Shown: in pieces, positions 1 to 12,200 of the stretch
Numbering within the stretch: the stretch's first letter is position 1
Layout of the letters: each line of letters opens with the position of its first letter
DNA from: Candidatus Omnitrophota bacterium
Lineage (GTDB): Bacteria > Omnitrophota > Gorgyraeia > Aquiviventales > Aquiviventaceae
Direction of reading: 5' to 3'
Assembly (NCBI GenBank): GCA_016193175.1
Contig: JACPSR010000052.1
Span: forward strand, 11,226 to 75,225
DNA: 64,000 bases
Notes under the pieces: generated by a model
Database searches by the model: none
What the model was told of the DNA's origin: nothing
What the model saw: only the letters and a program-made list of their open reading frames with translations
Program-made: the position numbers and the translations under genes

Positions 1-250
1 TGCACCACGTCCTGGACAAGCGTTGGGAAGTTCTGGGGGTGCACACCCGGTATGGCCTCATCCACCTGGCGCTCAACCTCGACCGTCACCGCGACATCGC
101 TCCCTGGAATGTTCGGCCGTGCGACCTCCAGATCTAACAAGGTGAGTCTCGGGGCCCCACTCTTCTCAGCCTGCTCCCTGGCCCAGTCGAGTTGCACCTG
201 CAGCGCGTTGAGGTCCACCAACGCCAGCGGTGTTGCGGCAGGCTCGCGTG
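1..250 (-). repeat. Internal coding repeat (pairs with 3990..4240, ~92% identical; spacing ~3990 bp), encoding PLALxDLxALQVQLDWAREQAEKSGAPRxTLLDLEVARPNIPGSDV...VDEAIPGVHPQNF.TLVQDVV.
   Basis: + strand 1-250 against 3990-4240, aligned by eye. The shadow ORFs 52..579 and 4039..4452 start with near-identical peptides. Confidence 0.9.
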
Positions 251-3200
251 TGGGCGTAGCCGTAGTCTTCGCGCCAGCCTCGGCGACGGCGGCCTGCAAT
301 CGCGTAAAGAGCTCGCCTTGTGGCAGGAGGGAGAGGGTCTCTCCCCCCTCCATCCTGGGCCCTGAAAGCGCAGGGATCGATAGCTGCTTTGCGAGAGCGG
401 CCAGCTCCCGCACGCGCCCATCCAGCGAGCCATCTCTTGGGCCGACGAAAAGGACGATCCCGCCGCGCTCCGTTTGTATCGACGTCATGAGCGCCCCATC
501 CGCCTCTTTCGCCTTGATCTGGAGCGCAAGGTTCTTAACGAGATTGACGAGCGCGGTGTCCCCTTGCACCTGCTGCTGATCGAACGCCAGGCCGCCGTCG
601 GGCGCTTCGGCCCTCGCCGGGAATGCGGGTGCTGGCCGGTCTCCTTTGACGATGACTGTGGCATCGTCTTTCAGGTACACCCGGTAGAGGCTGGCTTGCA
701 TAGCCGGTTCGCCAATCCGCTGCCGGAGGTGTTGCTCGACTTGATCGGTCAGCCGCTCGCGGTCCACTAGCCAGTCGCCACGCTGTCTCCATACCTCTTG
801 TCCGTTGACCAGCACAACAAGATCCATCACACGCCCGGCGATGCGATCAGTCGCATCCTGCGCCGCTTCGATGAGCGCCGAACGGAGTTCTGCAAACGTC
901 CTCCAGGCCTGGGCCTGTCGAATCTGCTTGATGGAGCGATCCACGATGTACCGCCGCATTTCCTCGTCCACGTGCGGGCGCAAGCCCTCAAGGGCACCGA
1001 GGATGCGTTGCTGGTCCTCGCCGGGAGCCTCCACACCGATCTGTCCGAGGGCCACCACCACCTTCGCCTTCTCGTAGACGACCGGGTCGTTGAGCAGCTC
1101 GAGGAGCGGCGGAATGGCCTCAACCGGGCGCGGCTCGATTTGACCGAGGACATACGCCAGGGCGCCGCGGTGTTTCCGACGGATGCTGGTGAATCTTCGA
1201 AGCAGCGTGGGGATGACCTCTGGCGCCTCGTTGGCAATGGCAATCAACACTTTTTCTGCGTGATAGACCACAAATGGATCGTCGTCCCCCAGGGCCCGGC
1301 GTAACAGAGGAACCGCGTCTTGTGCCTCCCTCCCGTACGCTTCGAGGGCATCACCGGCACCAGCCCGGAGCGACGCCGGGTCCTGACGCAGCTGCCCGAC
1401 CAACGCGGGAACGGCCAACTGAGCGGGAGGCTTGAAGCGTCCCACCAGATGCATGCTAATGGAGCGGATGAACGGATCATCGTGATCCACGAGCGCGACC
1501 AATTCGCGCAGGTCCGCTGCCTCCGTTACCCCAATCCGCTCGAGCGTCCTCGACACCTCCCCGGCAACTTCGCGGAACTCGAGCTCCTCCGACGCGTGAG
1601 GTCCCTGCTCCACCAGGAACGCCAGCAATGGCTCAACGGCTGCGGTCGGTTTTGGCTCAATGCGGCCGAGCGCATTGGCTGAACGGAGGCGAACGGCGTG
1701 GTGGTGATGCCCGAGGGCATAGAGAAGATGTGGCACAGCCGGCGAACCGATCTGAACAATGACGCGTCCATAGATGTCCCCCACCTCTTCCGGGAACTGG
1801 CTCAACCCTGGGAGCGGCACAGAGGCGAGCGCATTGATGAGCGCCGGAACCGCCTGCTCCCCGAGCTGAATCAAGCCGGTCACGGCCGCTTCACGCACAG
1901 ATGGCTCCTGGGCTTTCAGATTTCCGACCAAGGTTTCGATCTCCTGATTCGCGCCGCCGGCTCGTTGATCATTCGGAGCAGGATCGCCTTCGGGTTCGGC
2001 AAGCCAATCCAGGCCGCGGCCTCGGGCACCGACATCCTCCTGAGTGGTGGTGGCTCGGCGCAGAGGTCGGTTGTCCACGAACCACGCGGCTGGAGTCGGC
2101 CAGACCCCTGCCGAGGTGAGTTGCGCGATCGCTTCCTCTCTATCTCGTGGCGACATCGCGCGGCCGCCTCGTCGAAGCCGTGGAAACTGTTGATCGACTC
2201 TGACCAACGCCTCCCTCACCTCCCGGCGCAGCTCGAAGGTGACGGAAGCTCCTGGTGGCCCGACCGCTTCCAGTCCGTATCCTGCCGCGATGGCTCGCAG
2301 TTTTTCCTCCCCGCCTACCCGACTCATGGCATCCTGATGCACCTCAATGCGATGATCCGCTCGGGCATGTTGTTGGAGGAGGGACCGAACGTTGGCTTCA
2401 GGATTGGTGGTCCCCCGAACGACATCATCCCAAGTCATCACGAAGAGCGGCAACTGTTGACGCGCGGGGGCCGACGGCGGAGCGGGTCGGTCTTCTTCTA
2501 CACTCACCAGCCAGTCCTCAAGCCACTGGATCGCTTGGATCTCCGCTCGCAGCTTCTGGTAAGACATCACCTGCCTGACCTCTGTGGGATTACGTGTGTT
2601 GAGGGCGTCAATCCACGATGAGACCGTGTGAGGAAGCCAGCCCACCCGATAGGCGGGGCTGATGAACAGTTGGCGGAAGAAGCGATGCAGCGATGGGACG
2701 CCTGTGGACTGCGCATCTCGTCCAGCTTGTTCAAAGGCCATCGAGAACGCTCGCCACTGATGCTCCCATTCCCCTTGGGTGGAGATTTCATTTGTGAGCT
2801 GGTCGAGTCGCTTCCAATCAAGCTGGCCACCGGCCAACTCGCGCATGAGCGCCTCCACGTGCCCCCGAGCCCACGCAAGAACGGGGTGCACCTTGGCACG
2901 GAGTCTCCGCACAATCACTTGGCTCGCCTCCATCTTGTCAGGCGGGATGGTCGGTACCTCGGGAACCCCTGACTCCGCCGGCGCGCCGCCGGCCACAGGG
3001 GGCAGACTGCCTTGGAAGCTGCGCAGCAGACGGCTAAGGTCCTGCTCATCGGTTAGGGTAATGCGCGCTTCCGCTAGAGCCTGCCGCAACTGAACCTCAG
3101 TGGGCGCGGTGTGCTCCACACGCAGATGCGCCAGCACTGGCAACAGTAAGGGATGGGCCTGCAGGAGCGCTGGGTCGACATTGGCCGTGACAAACGCCTC

Positions 3201-6200
3201 GGCGCGGTCATACGCTGCCAGTCGCGACACGGCGGTGATTGCCTCATGAGCCGCACGATCAACCGCACCCGCACTCTCAGGAATGACGATTCCCTGCTGG
3301 GCGGCTACCTCGAGCAGTTGCTGATGGGCTTCGCGCTCGTTGAGCTGATCTCGATAGAGGCGGGCAAGTACGTTCAGCGCCGGCAGGTTCAGTTGACGCG
3401 GTGGGCGGGGATCGATCAGCCACGGATGTCCAACCACCCTCTTGATGTGTAGTTGCGTATCCGTCGGCAGCTCCTCGAACGGCCCTCCTAACGTTGCGAA
3501 CGCGCCTCGAAAGTCGGCAGGCAAATCAGCGTTCCGGAGGATCGCGCGAACGATGTCGTCAGGCGTGGCGTCGGCATCGATCCTAATCGAGATGGACACA
3601 ATGTTCCCCTGAACATCTCTTTTGTCCAGAGGGGGTGGGAACCAGACACCCGAGCCCAATTGCGTTGAACGATACAGCCGCACTGTCAGTGGTGCGCCCT
3701 CTCCTCCTCGACGCCAGACCTCAAGAGGCCCAACCGGTCGCTCTCTCGTGAGGTTGAGCGCTGTGGTGAACACGCGCTCGATATCAGCCGATGTCAAGCC
3801 CTGCGGGGCCGGCACTTCCCTCGGCGCGCCGCCGGCCACCGGGACAAGATGCGGGGCTTTGGCTCTCGCGAGTGTGAGGAAGGCGTCTCGAACATCTCCC
3901 GGGAGGCCTGGTTTCGCCAGGACGGTACGGACGATCGCTGTGGCGATCGCTTCGTCGGTTGCGTCGACGTTGGCGGTGGCGCGAACGCGCACCACGTCCT
4001 GAACAAGCGTTAGGAAGTTCTGGGGATGCACACCCGGTATGGCCTCATCCACCTGGCGCTTAACCTCAACCCTCACCGTGACATCGCTCCCTGGAATGTT
4101 CGGCCGCGCGACCTCCAGATCTAACAAGGTGGGTCTCGGGGCCCCACTCTTCTCAGCCTGCTCCCTGGCCCAGTCGAGTTGCACCTGCAGCGCGTCGAGG
4201 TCCGCCAACGCCAGTGGACGCTGCGGAACAGATGGTGTCGACCTGCCCGCCACTGGAATGGGCCGATTCAGGAGCAACTGCTGCACGGCAAGTGAGGTGA
4301 GCCACTCTTCACCTCGGGCAGGCACGGTGTGCCATCCTAATCTGGTGGGATACGCAAGGTTCTCCGCCGTATCATCGACAAACAAGATTTCACTCATCAA
4401 CCTAACGCCACTGGGCTGTTCCTGTCTGAGAATCGTCAGCGCCCGTGCGTAGAATGCTTCGGGGTTGTCTTTCAGGACTCCGACTTCTCCTGAGGTAATG
4501 ATGCGAAGACCACCCAGAAATGGAAAACGGCCTTGGAGGTGCCGGGCACGCTCTTGGTCCATATTGGTGAGGACCGCAAGACGATACCCGCGTTCCATCA
4601 ACGCCTGAACCAGTTTCGCCACGCCAGGGATTTCCTCATAGCTCTCGTAGAGCCAGCGCCGGAGCTGCTCGCGCTGCTGGGCTTCAGGCAGGGCGAAAAA
4701 TGTCCGTGCCTCGGTAGTGGCTGTTTCTTTCCCAGCAGTGATCCGTGTCAGCTCTCCAAGGACGTAACCCCAGTACGCATCAGCATCCAAGGTCCCCAAC
4801 CTGAGTTGCTTGGCCGGCTCACCTGTTTCAAGCCACTCTCTCACCGTCTCAGGCTCGACACTGAATGTCCGGCTGATCTGGTCAGCCGCCTTGCTCAGTC
4901 CGTTGGTGAGCAGCGTGCCTGTCAAATCGAACAGCACAGTCTGTACCGTCAGGAGCTGCCCGGCGGCTAACCGTTGCTGAAAGGCCTCCAGGCGTTCAAT
5001 CGCGTCTCGCACCTCAGGCCCTCCCTCTCTCACACCGTCCAGAGACCGAGCTTCGACCGTTTCACGTAACCTTGATGCCAGCGAAGGAATCCAGCCCACC
5101 ATGTTTCCAAAGACATCGCTCATGGAATGAAACAGCAAGAGCAAGCCCGATGCTTGGGCAGCGCGGAGGGCCTGATTGATCGCCCCGTCAAATGCCTCCC
5201 AGTTGCCTTGGAACTGACGCATAAGCGCTCCGAGCCGATCCCAATCAAGCTCCGCATCAGGCCGTTCGATCTCACGCGCCACTTCACCCAACCGTTCCTG
5301 AACTTGCTGAAGAGAGGGTTGCGTGAAGGGGTGGAATGTTGCCATGATCGCCTCGGCAATTCCCGCCTTGGCAGCGTGAAGGACCGCATCGGGCGTGGCG
5401 TCCGCATCGGCATAGAGGGCCACGATGTTCCCCGGGGCGTCCGCATGTCCCGGAAGGACTCGCACCCGCACCTCGGAACCCGAACGCTGTGAGCGATGCG
5501 CCCACACCGTCAGCGGCGGACCCTCTGTGCTCCGCCACACCTGCACCGTCGGACCGCTCTTGTCTTCCTGTCGTGTGAACTTCAGCTCTGTGGTTAACAC
5601 CTGATCAACGCTGCCCCAATCCTGTGGTGGTACCTCGGGAACCCCTGTCTCCGTCGGCGCGCCGGCGGCCGGCAGGCCGCCGCGGGCGGAGTCGGCCATG
5701 GAAGTGAGCAAGGGGACTTGCCGGACGTAGGCCTCGGCCATGTCTCGCTTGATGCCCAGACCAACCAAATGGTCGACAGCCGTCGCTCGATCGAGATCGC
5801 CGAGATAGACGAGCGCTAAGACTTCACGAACCGCTCGGTCGCTGTGGATCCTCGTGATCGTCCGACGGTCGTTCGCGGCCAGCGCATTGACCGGAGACGC
5901 CTGTGATACGTACGGTTCTGCTTCCCGCGCAGTGATCCCGAGGCCCTTGAGCTGTCCAATCGCGCCTGCTGGTGTCAGCTCGAGAAGGTAGCGTCGCGCC
6001 AGCACCTCGCGCACCGCGGGGTCCTTGTGGATGTTGCCGATGAACGCCCGGCGAGCGTTCGTCAAGCGCTCATACGCTGGCGCTACGATGGTAGGACTCG
6101 GCCCACGAGTGGCGGCTGAAGGAAGCACCTCGTCTGCAGTAGCACGCGGAAGGGTTTGGAGATTCGCATATCTTGGCTGGTTGATCGAAGATTCCGTCGC

Positions 6201-9200
6201 GTCGACAAGCGCGATATCGCCGCGTGCCGAAATCAAGAAAAAGCCATGCCCGCCTTCAGTGATTTCTCTCCGGCCTTCGAAGGGACCGAGAATGTTCCCT
6301 TCTGACGTCACGATGCTGACTCGGCCCTGCTCATTGACAATGAGGAGCTCTGCGCTGGCATCAGCTGAGGTGTCTGCGAGCACGATTGAATCAATGTAAC
6401 GGCGCTCCCCTTCTCCCAATAAGCGCGACAGCAGCTTCTTGCCTTCAGCAACACTCAAACGCGCTGCGCCCCTCTGATACGCTGGAACTCTCAAGTGCGG
6501 TTCCACCAGCGCGCCGCCGGCAGCGGGGAGGAGATGCAGAGCGTTCTTCTCTCTTACTAAGTTTGTGAAAGCGCCTCGAAAGTCGGCAGGCAAATCAGCG
6601 TTCCGGAGGATCGCGCGAACGATGTCGTCAGGCGTGGCGTCGGCATCGATCCTAATCGAGATGGACACAATATTCCCCATCACATCTTTTGCGTCCAGAG
6701 GGCGTGGGAACCAGACACCCGAGCCTAATCGCGTTGAACGATGCAGCCGCACTGTCAGTGGTGCGCCCTCTCCTCCTCGACGCCAGACCTCAAGAGGCCC
6801 AACCGGTCGCTCTCTCGTGAGGTTGAGTGCTGTGGTGAACACGCGCTCGATATCAGCCGATGTCAAGCCCTGCGGGGCCGGCACTTCCCTCGGCGCGGCG
6901 CCGGCCGGCGCAGGAGGAATCCATTGCACCGCCGCTGAGCCGACCGATAAATCGGGTACTTCAACCTGAGCATGCGACTTCGCAGCGACCAGACTATAAA
7001 AGCCTTTCGTCGTCTGCCCCGCCATCGCCCCGCGATTGCCCTCGCCCATGACGAGGATCACGTCGGCCGCTTCCCACGCCGCAAGGAACTCCGGCGCAGG
7101 CCGATACGGGTCAAGCGCTCGTGTCTGCGAGCCGGTTGAAATGACACGCAGGCGCGATCCGCCTCCACCCAAGAAGCCGCGCACCGGGTCTGCGTCCAAC
7201 CGCGCGCGCTCATCCGTCACCGTGCTGTCCACATCAGCCTCGACGGCTTTGGCCGCAATGGTGACTGTATGGCCCTGCTCCGTCAACCGCCGCTCCATCG
7301 CCGTGCGACCCACGCCCTCCACGATGTCGTTATCGACGAGAATCAAGACGTTCTTGGGACCTTCGCTCAGTTCCTGACTGAGCTGAGTGCGGTCATCGAT
7401 TGCCAGCGCCCTTGCCTCCTGCTGCTGCAAGAACGCCAGCATCTTGCGAGCGTACTCCCCCAACGCTGTCTCGCCGCCTGCCGCAGACCTCAGCAGATCG
7501 CTAGAGCCCGCGCTGTTCGCCAACGCGGCAATCCCCAGCACCCAGCGATCGCGCTGATCGGGAGCCAGTTCGTCATAGCGTTGCGCCAGCCACGGCATCA
7601 TCACGGCCACAGCCGTTTGCCGGGCTGAGGATTTGAACTGGGCGAGCGGCTCCCCCATGATCTCGCGGAGCGCGGCGTACCACAGCCCTTCAACTTCGCG
7701 TACCGTCCGTTGCTGGAGACGCCCCAGACGAGCCACGAGGGCACCTCTTGCCTGTTCGGCCGCTGACCGTGATTCTGGTTTGACATGTCCGATGGTTTCG
7801 ACGTAGAGATCGAGGTGGCGGAGCAATTGGTCGCGAATGGCCGGCTCGCTCACGGGTCCAGGCCCAAAGACGTAGGTGGCGGGATTCGCGATAATCCGTC
7901 CATCCGCCGGCCCGCGCGCCTCGAGTTGTACCACCAGCCGCTCCACGACAGCTTCAGGGGTAGCGGCCGGCTGAGACCGATCATCTCTCGGGGTGTAGCC
8001 GGCTTCGGGCTCGCCAAGCCCATCGTGACCTTTGCCCTCCACACCCTGCCGCTCCTGGAAGTACGGGGACTCGCCCGTCGGGGCAACGCCGTAGAGGTTC
8101 CTGAGGGCACGGAATTCAGGATCCGCATCTTGCCGGCGGATGAAGTCGGCGGCCTCGTCAAGATTGGAGAGCTCCTTGAAGTCGTGGAGCTCTTCTCCTT
8201 CGACCATGAAGAAACCGGTGTTCAGCTCGGGATACTGCGTGACATCCCCCGTCACGTACTGGGGGAGGAGGTAGCGGGTCAGCTCCTTCCCCTCTGCGTC
8301 CTTCACCACCCTCAGCTCAAGGTTGACATCGGCGCCTCGCTGCTGGAGGACCTCCCCGACCTCTTTGATCTTGGACAGACCGGAGAACTTGTTGTACGGG
8401 ATTCCTCCTTTGGCGGCGAGCTCCCTCTCCACCATGTCCTTGGTGGTAGGATCTGAGGTTGAGATGGTCTCGCCTAAGAATTTCGGCGCCAGCCGGGGAT
8501 CGGGTTTGGTGGTGATGAGCTTCTCCGGGTTCTCCGAATCCGGTCGTCCCTTATTCTCAACGAGCTCCACCAGGTAGCGGTGGCCCTTATTCAGCAGGCG
8601 CAGGCCAAGCGCCAACCAATCCACATCCACGGTGGCGCTGGTGAGCTTCGTCAGATCATTGATGCGGTACTGCTGGATGACCTCTCCGCCGCGCGCGAGG
8701 AGGGTCTCGGCGAGCAGGCCAGGGACGAGCATACGCTGTTTGTTGAGGAGCCGGTAGCCGCTATCCTCCTGCACAAAGACATGCATGGCGGGGTAGAGAT
8801 GCCCAGGCATCACAGGGTCGACGTCGATCGCCTGGACGATGACTCCCTCCTCCAACCGATAGGGGTGAAAGACCGGTACCGGCACGATGTAGAACCGCTC
8901 CGGGGAGAAACCATAGAATTGATTCGCGATGAGATCCTGGACGATCTCCCGCTCCATCCGGGCGCTCACATGGAAGATGATCTGTTGGTTCGCGACCGCT
9001 TGTTCCGGGGAGATCCCAAGCTCCAGATGCGCGCGGGCCAGCCGTTCAATCTCCAGCCGAAGCTGGAGCAACTGCCTGGGACCCCAGGGCAGCGTGTAGG
9101 GGCTACCGGCGAGATGCCCGACGTCCAGGAAGTATATGGCCCCCACCTCGCGATCAGTCACGTCTTTCCCATGCTTCCTGAGGTCCTCGCGCATCCGCCA

Positions 9201-12200
9201 GGCATCTCCGGCAGCTATGATCTGCCGCACGATCGCGCCCCGCAGTTGTTTCTGGATCGCGGCGGCCCGTTCTTCCGTGGTGAGATCGCGCTGGGAGCGC
9301 TCCCTGGGCAAGACGACGTCTGGCCCGGCCAACTCTAAATCCGTCGTGGGATTCAGGCCATATCGGCGAGCTAACGAGGAGATGAGCTTGAGGTCCGCGT
9401 CGGTCAAGTCCGCCATCGTCCGAATGGTTCGGCCGGTCTGGCGGGCGTACTCGGCAATCAGCTGGCCAACCCGCTGGCGCGTGAACGCCTCGGAACGGAC
9501 CGGGGTCCTGAAGGCTTCGGCCTCCGGGATGAGCGGCGCAGGCGGTTGGACGACTCCCACGCGCCCGATGAAGTCGCGCAAGGCGCCGGCCGCCTCCTCC
9601 GGCGTTCGGGTCCCAAGATATTTGACGGTCAGGGCGCCCGCGATAAATTGCTCAAGCACTTCCTCTAAGGACTCGCGCTCTGGGAAGCCGCCTCGAGCCA
9701 GCCGACGATGCACCGCCTGTAGCAGGATCTCTTGATTCGCCGGGGTGATCGTCGTGACGCTCAAGGTATCGATCAACCTCCAGAGGCTCGTGGCCTGTTC
9801 AATCTCGGTGACGGTCGCCTGGTCGAGGCGGTTGGCCGCCTCCTCACGCAACCGCTGGAGCATGACCTGATCCTGTGCGCGATCGCCAGTCCCCTCCACC
9901 TCAAAGTAGACCCGATTGAGCGGTTCGGTCCCTGAGGCTCGAATCTTATAGCTGATGAGCTTGCCCGTCTGTGGGTTGCGAAAGACAAAGAGGAGTTTAT
10001 CGAAATAGGTCCCTCCGAATTCCGGCCGAATGGCCACCAGTGGAAATCCCGCGATCGCAGTCAGCCGCCCCTGGGCGTAGTCATCCAGGTATCCACTGAT
10101 CAACTGCTTCTTGGCCCAGGGGCTGGCGGTCACATCGTCTCGCGCGGCTTCGACATAGCCCAGCTCTTGCTCGATATCCCGGATGATCTGGGTGATGCTC
10201 TTGCGTTCTTTAGCCTGGATGGCTGCAATGAGCAGGCCGGTCAGCAAGCCGTCTTTATCCGGCATCAAAAGCGGTCGCGTCGGGCCAGGCACCTTGACCC
10301 CGATGCTGAACCCGCCGCTCTCTTCATAGCCGATGGCCACGTCGGCGCCTTTGGCCAGCGCGTCCATCATCGGAGGGCCAACGTACTTAAACCCCACGTC
10401 CACCTGGTAGTCCACCTGGTCACGCGTCACGGCATCAAGAGCCTCGTTGGCGATGAGCCGACGGTAAAAGGGATGCAGGAGTTCATCGTTCGTGCCTGAG
10501 GGCGCAACATCCCGCGGACGCAGAATCCGATCGCGATAGCGAGGATCTCGCAACAAGCCCTGGAGGACGACCTCGGTCCACAGGGTTGACGGACCGCTTT
10601 TCACGACAGCTACGCGCCTGCCGCGCTGTTGTTCGGAGCGAATCACCCGATCAATGAGCGCGGTCATGAATCGGTTCGGCGTCTCATACCGATAGTCGTT
10701 GCTGGCGGGGTCCCACCCAAAGACCCCAATCCGATCACCGTCGGTATCATTGCCTTGAATCGAGATGGGTCGGGAGGGCCTGGCCAGCTCCAGGCTCCCC
10801 GCCTTGCGCATAAACGGCTCCTCGGAATTCGAGGGGATCGTCCCCAAGAGATCAGGGTTCGTGTCTCGTCGCAGTTCAACCACTCCCTCAGGCAATCCGA
10901 TGAGGTTCTTAAACAGCGCGACCATCTCTCCATGGGCTGAGCCGTAGAGATCGTCATGGGCATACCGATGTTGACGGTAAAACTCGCGCATCTGATCCGT
11001 GATGTCAGGCCCAAAGAGCGCCGTGAGCACCCCCCGGAGGTAGGCGGCATACGCCTGACGGTATTCCTCGGTGCGGACCAGCCTGAAGGAGGGGTGGCTT
11101 GCCAAACTTCTTTGGATCGTCGCATCATCCGCCTCGGCTTCTGGGAGAGGTGCTCTCAGGACTTTCAGGTCATTCAAGATCTGCCCGATGCGGTCCGTGA
11201 CCGACGTGGGGGCGGGCGCGCCGGAGGGTGGCGAGTAGCGGATCCCATACCACGGCAGTGGATTGTGGCTCGGGGTGATGTTGATCACGCCGGCGAGATC
11301 CTCTCCTACTTGGGACAACGCCCAGTAGACGGCGGGTCCCGTTGCGGTCGCTTTGTCAAAGAGGTGGACCCGGAATCCGGCACGGAGCAGAACCGCCGCC
11401 GTTAACCGTGCGACCGCATCCCCATCGCGACGGGTGTCATACGTGACGACCATTGTCTGCTTGATGGGAGAGGCCTCCTTGGCATAGCGCGCGATCGCCT
11501 CAACGGTGTAGGCGGCCTCGCGGCGGTTGAAGTCGATTCCCCACCTCGCCCGCACCCCGCTTGTGCCAAACCGCTGATACTTTTGGGCGTAGACGGCGTC
11601 AATGAGCCGGCGAACACCCGCTTCCGTCGTCCGGAACTTCAGTTCATAGAGCGCATCGTAGACCTGACCAGCCAGCAGGGCTCGGAAGGGGAGGTAGTTG
11701 TTCGGCTCCTTCGGATCCAGTGTCCCGCGCACCGCCTCCCAGACCAACGGCATGACCTCATCGCGGAGGTACCCGCGCTCCCTCAGCACGCCAAACTCCG
11801 GCCTCTGGAAGAGACCCTCCAGGGTTCGCCCAATCGCTTCCCGCAGGCCACGCATCTGCTGGAAGATCTCACGCCGCTCTTCTTCAGAGACCTTCGGCTT
11901 TTCGCCTCGAGCCTCGTAACGATACGGGCCCGCTTCCACGAGCCACAGCAAGAGGCCGGCAGCCAATTCCGTGATCAGCTCGTGCGACAGGTGCCCTGCG
12001 GCGAGGCGCTGATGCACTTCACTGAGGAAGCTATGGGCATTGTCCAAGGCGCGTGCCCGCGTGGCTGGATCTGACGCGTCCACGAACGCTCGCTTCCCCG
12101 TGATGAAGCGGTTGGCGAACTCCGATGCTGGAACTGCGCCTGCGCCGGCCGCGACACCACTCTGAGCGTCGCGGAGGCGACCCACGACGAGGCGGTCACC

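Noticed and set aside
3460-6970. Similarity between + ORFs 3622..4002 and 6565..6969, and between 52..579 and 4039..4452, which might be taken as duplicated small genes or IS-element ends.
   Set aside because: The similarity is the antisense image of the internal coding repeats of the megaprotein gene. The sense strand encodes repeated protein modules in frame. There are no terminal inverted repeats, transposase motifs or target-site duplications.
8100-9800. Segment after the PGM domain (YGFSPERFYIVPVPVFHPYRLEEGVIVQAIDVDPVMPGHLYPAMHVFVQEDSGYRLL...LVELVENKGRPDSENPEKLITTKPD...) considered as a possible UDP-glucose pyrophosphorylase, ADP-dependent sugar kinase or PFK.
   Set aside because: No diagnostic motifs were found (no UGPase NB-loop, no PFK GGDGS/PKTIDND, no ribokinase-family GG/DTxGAGD). 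It is left unassigned.
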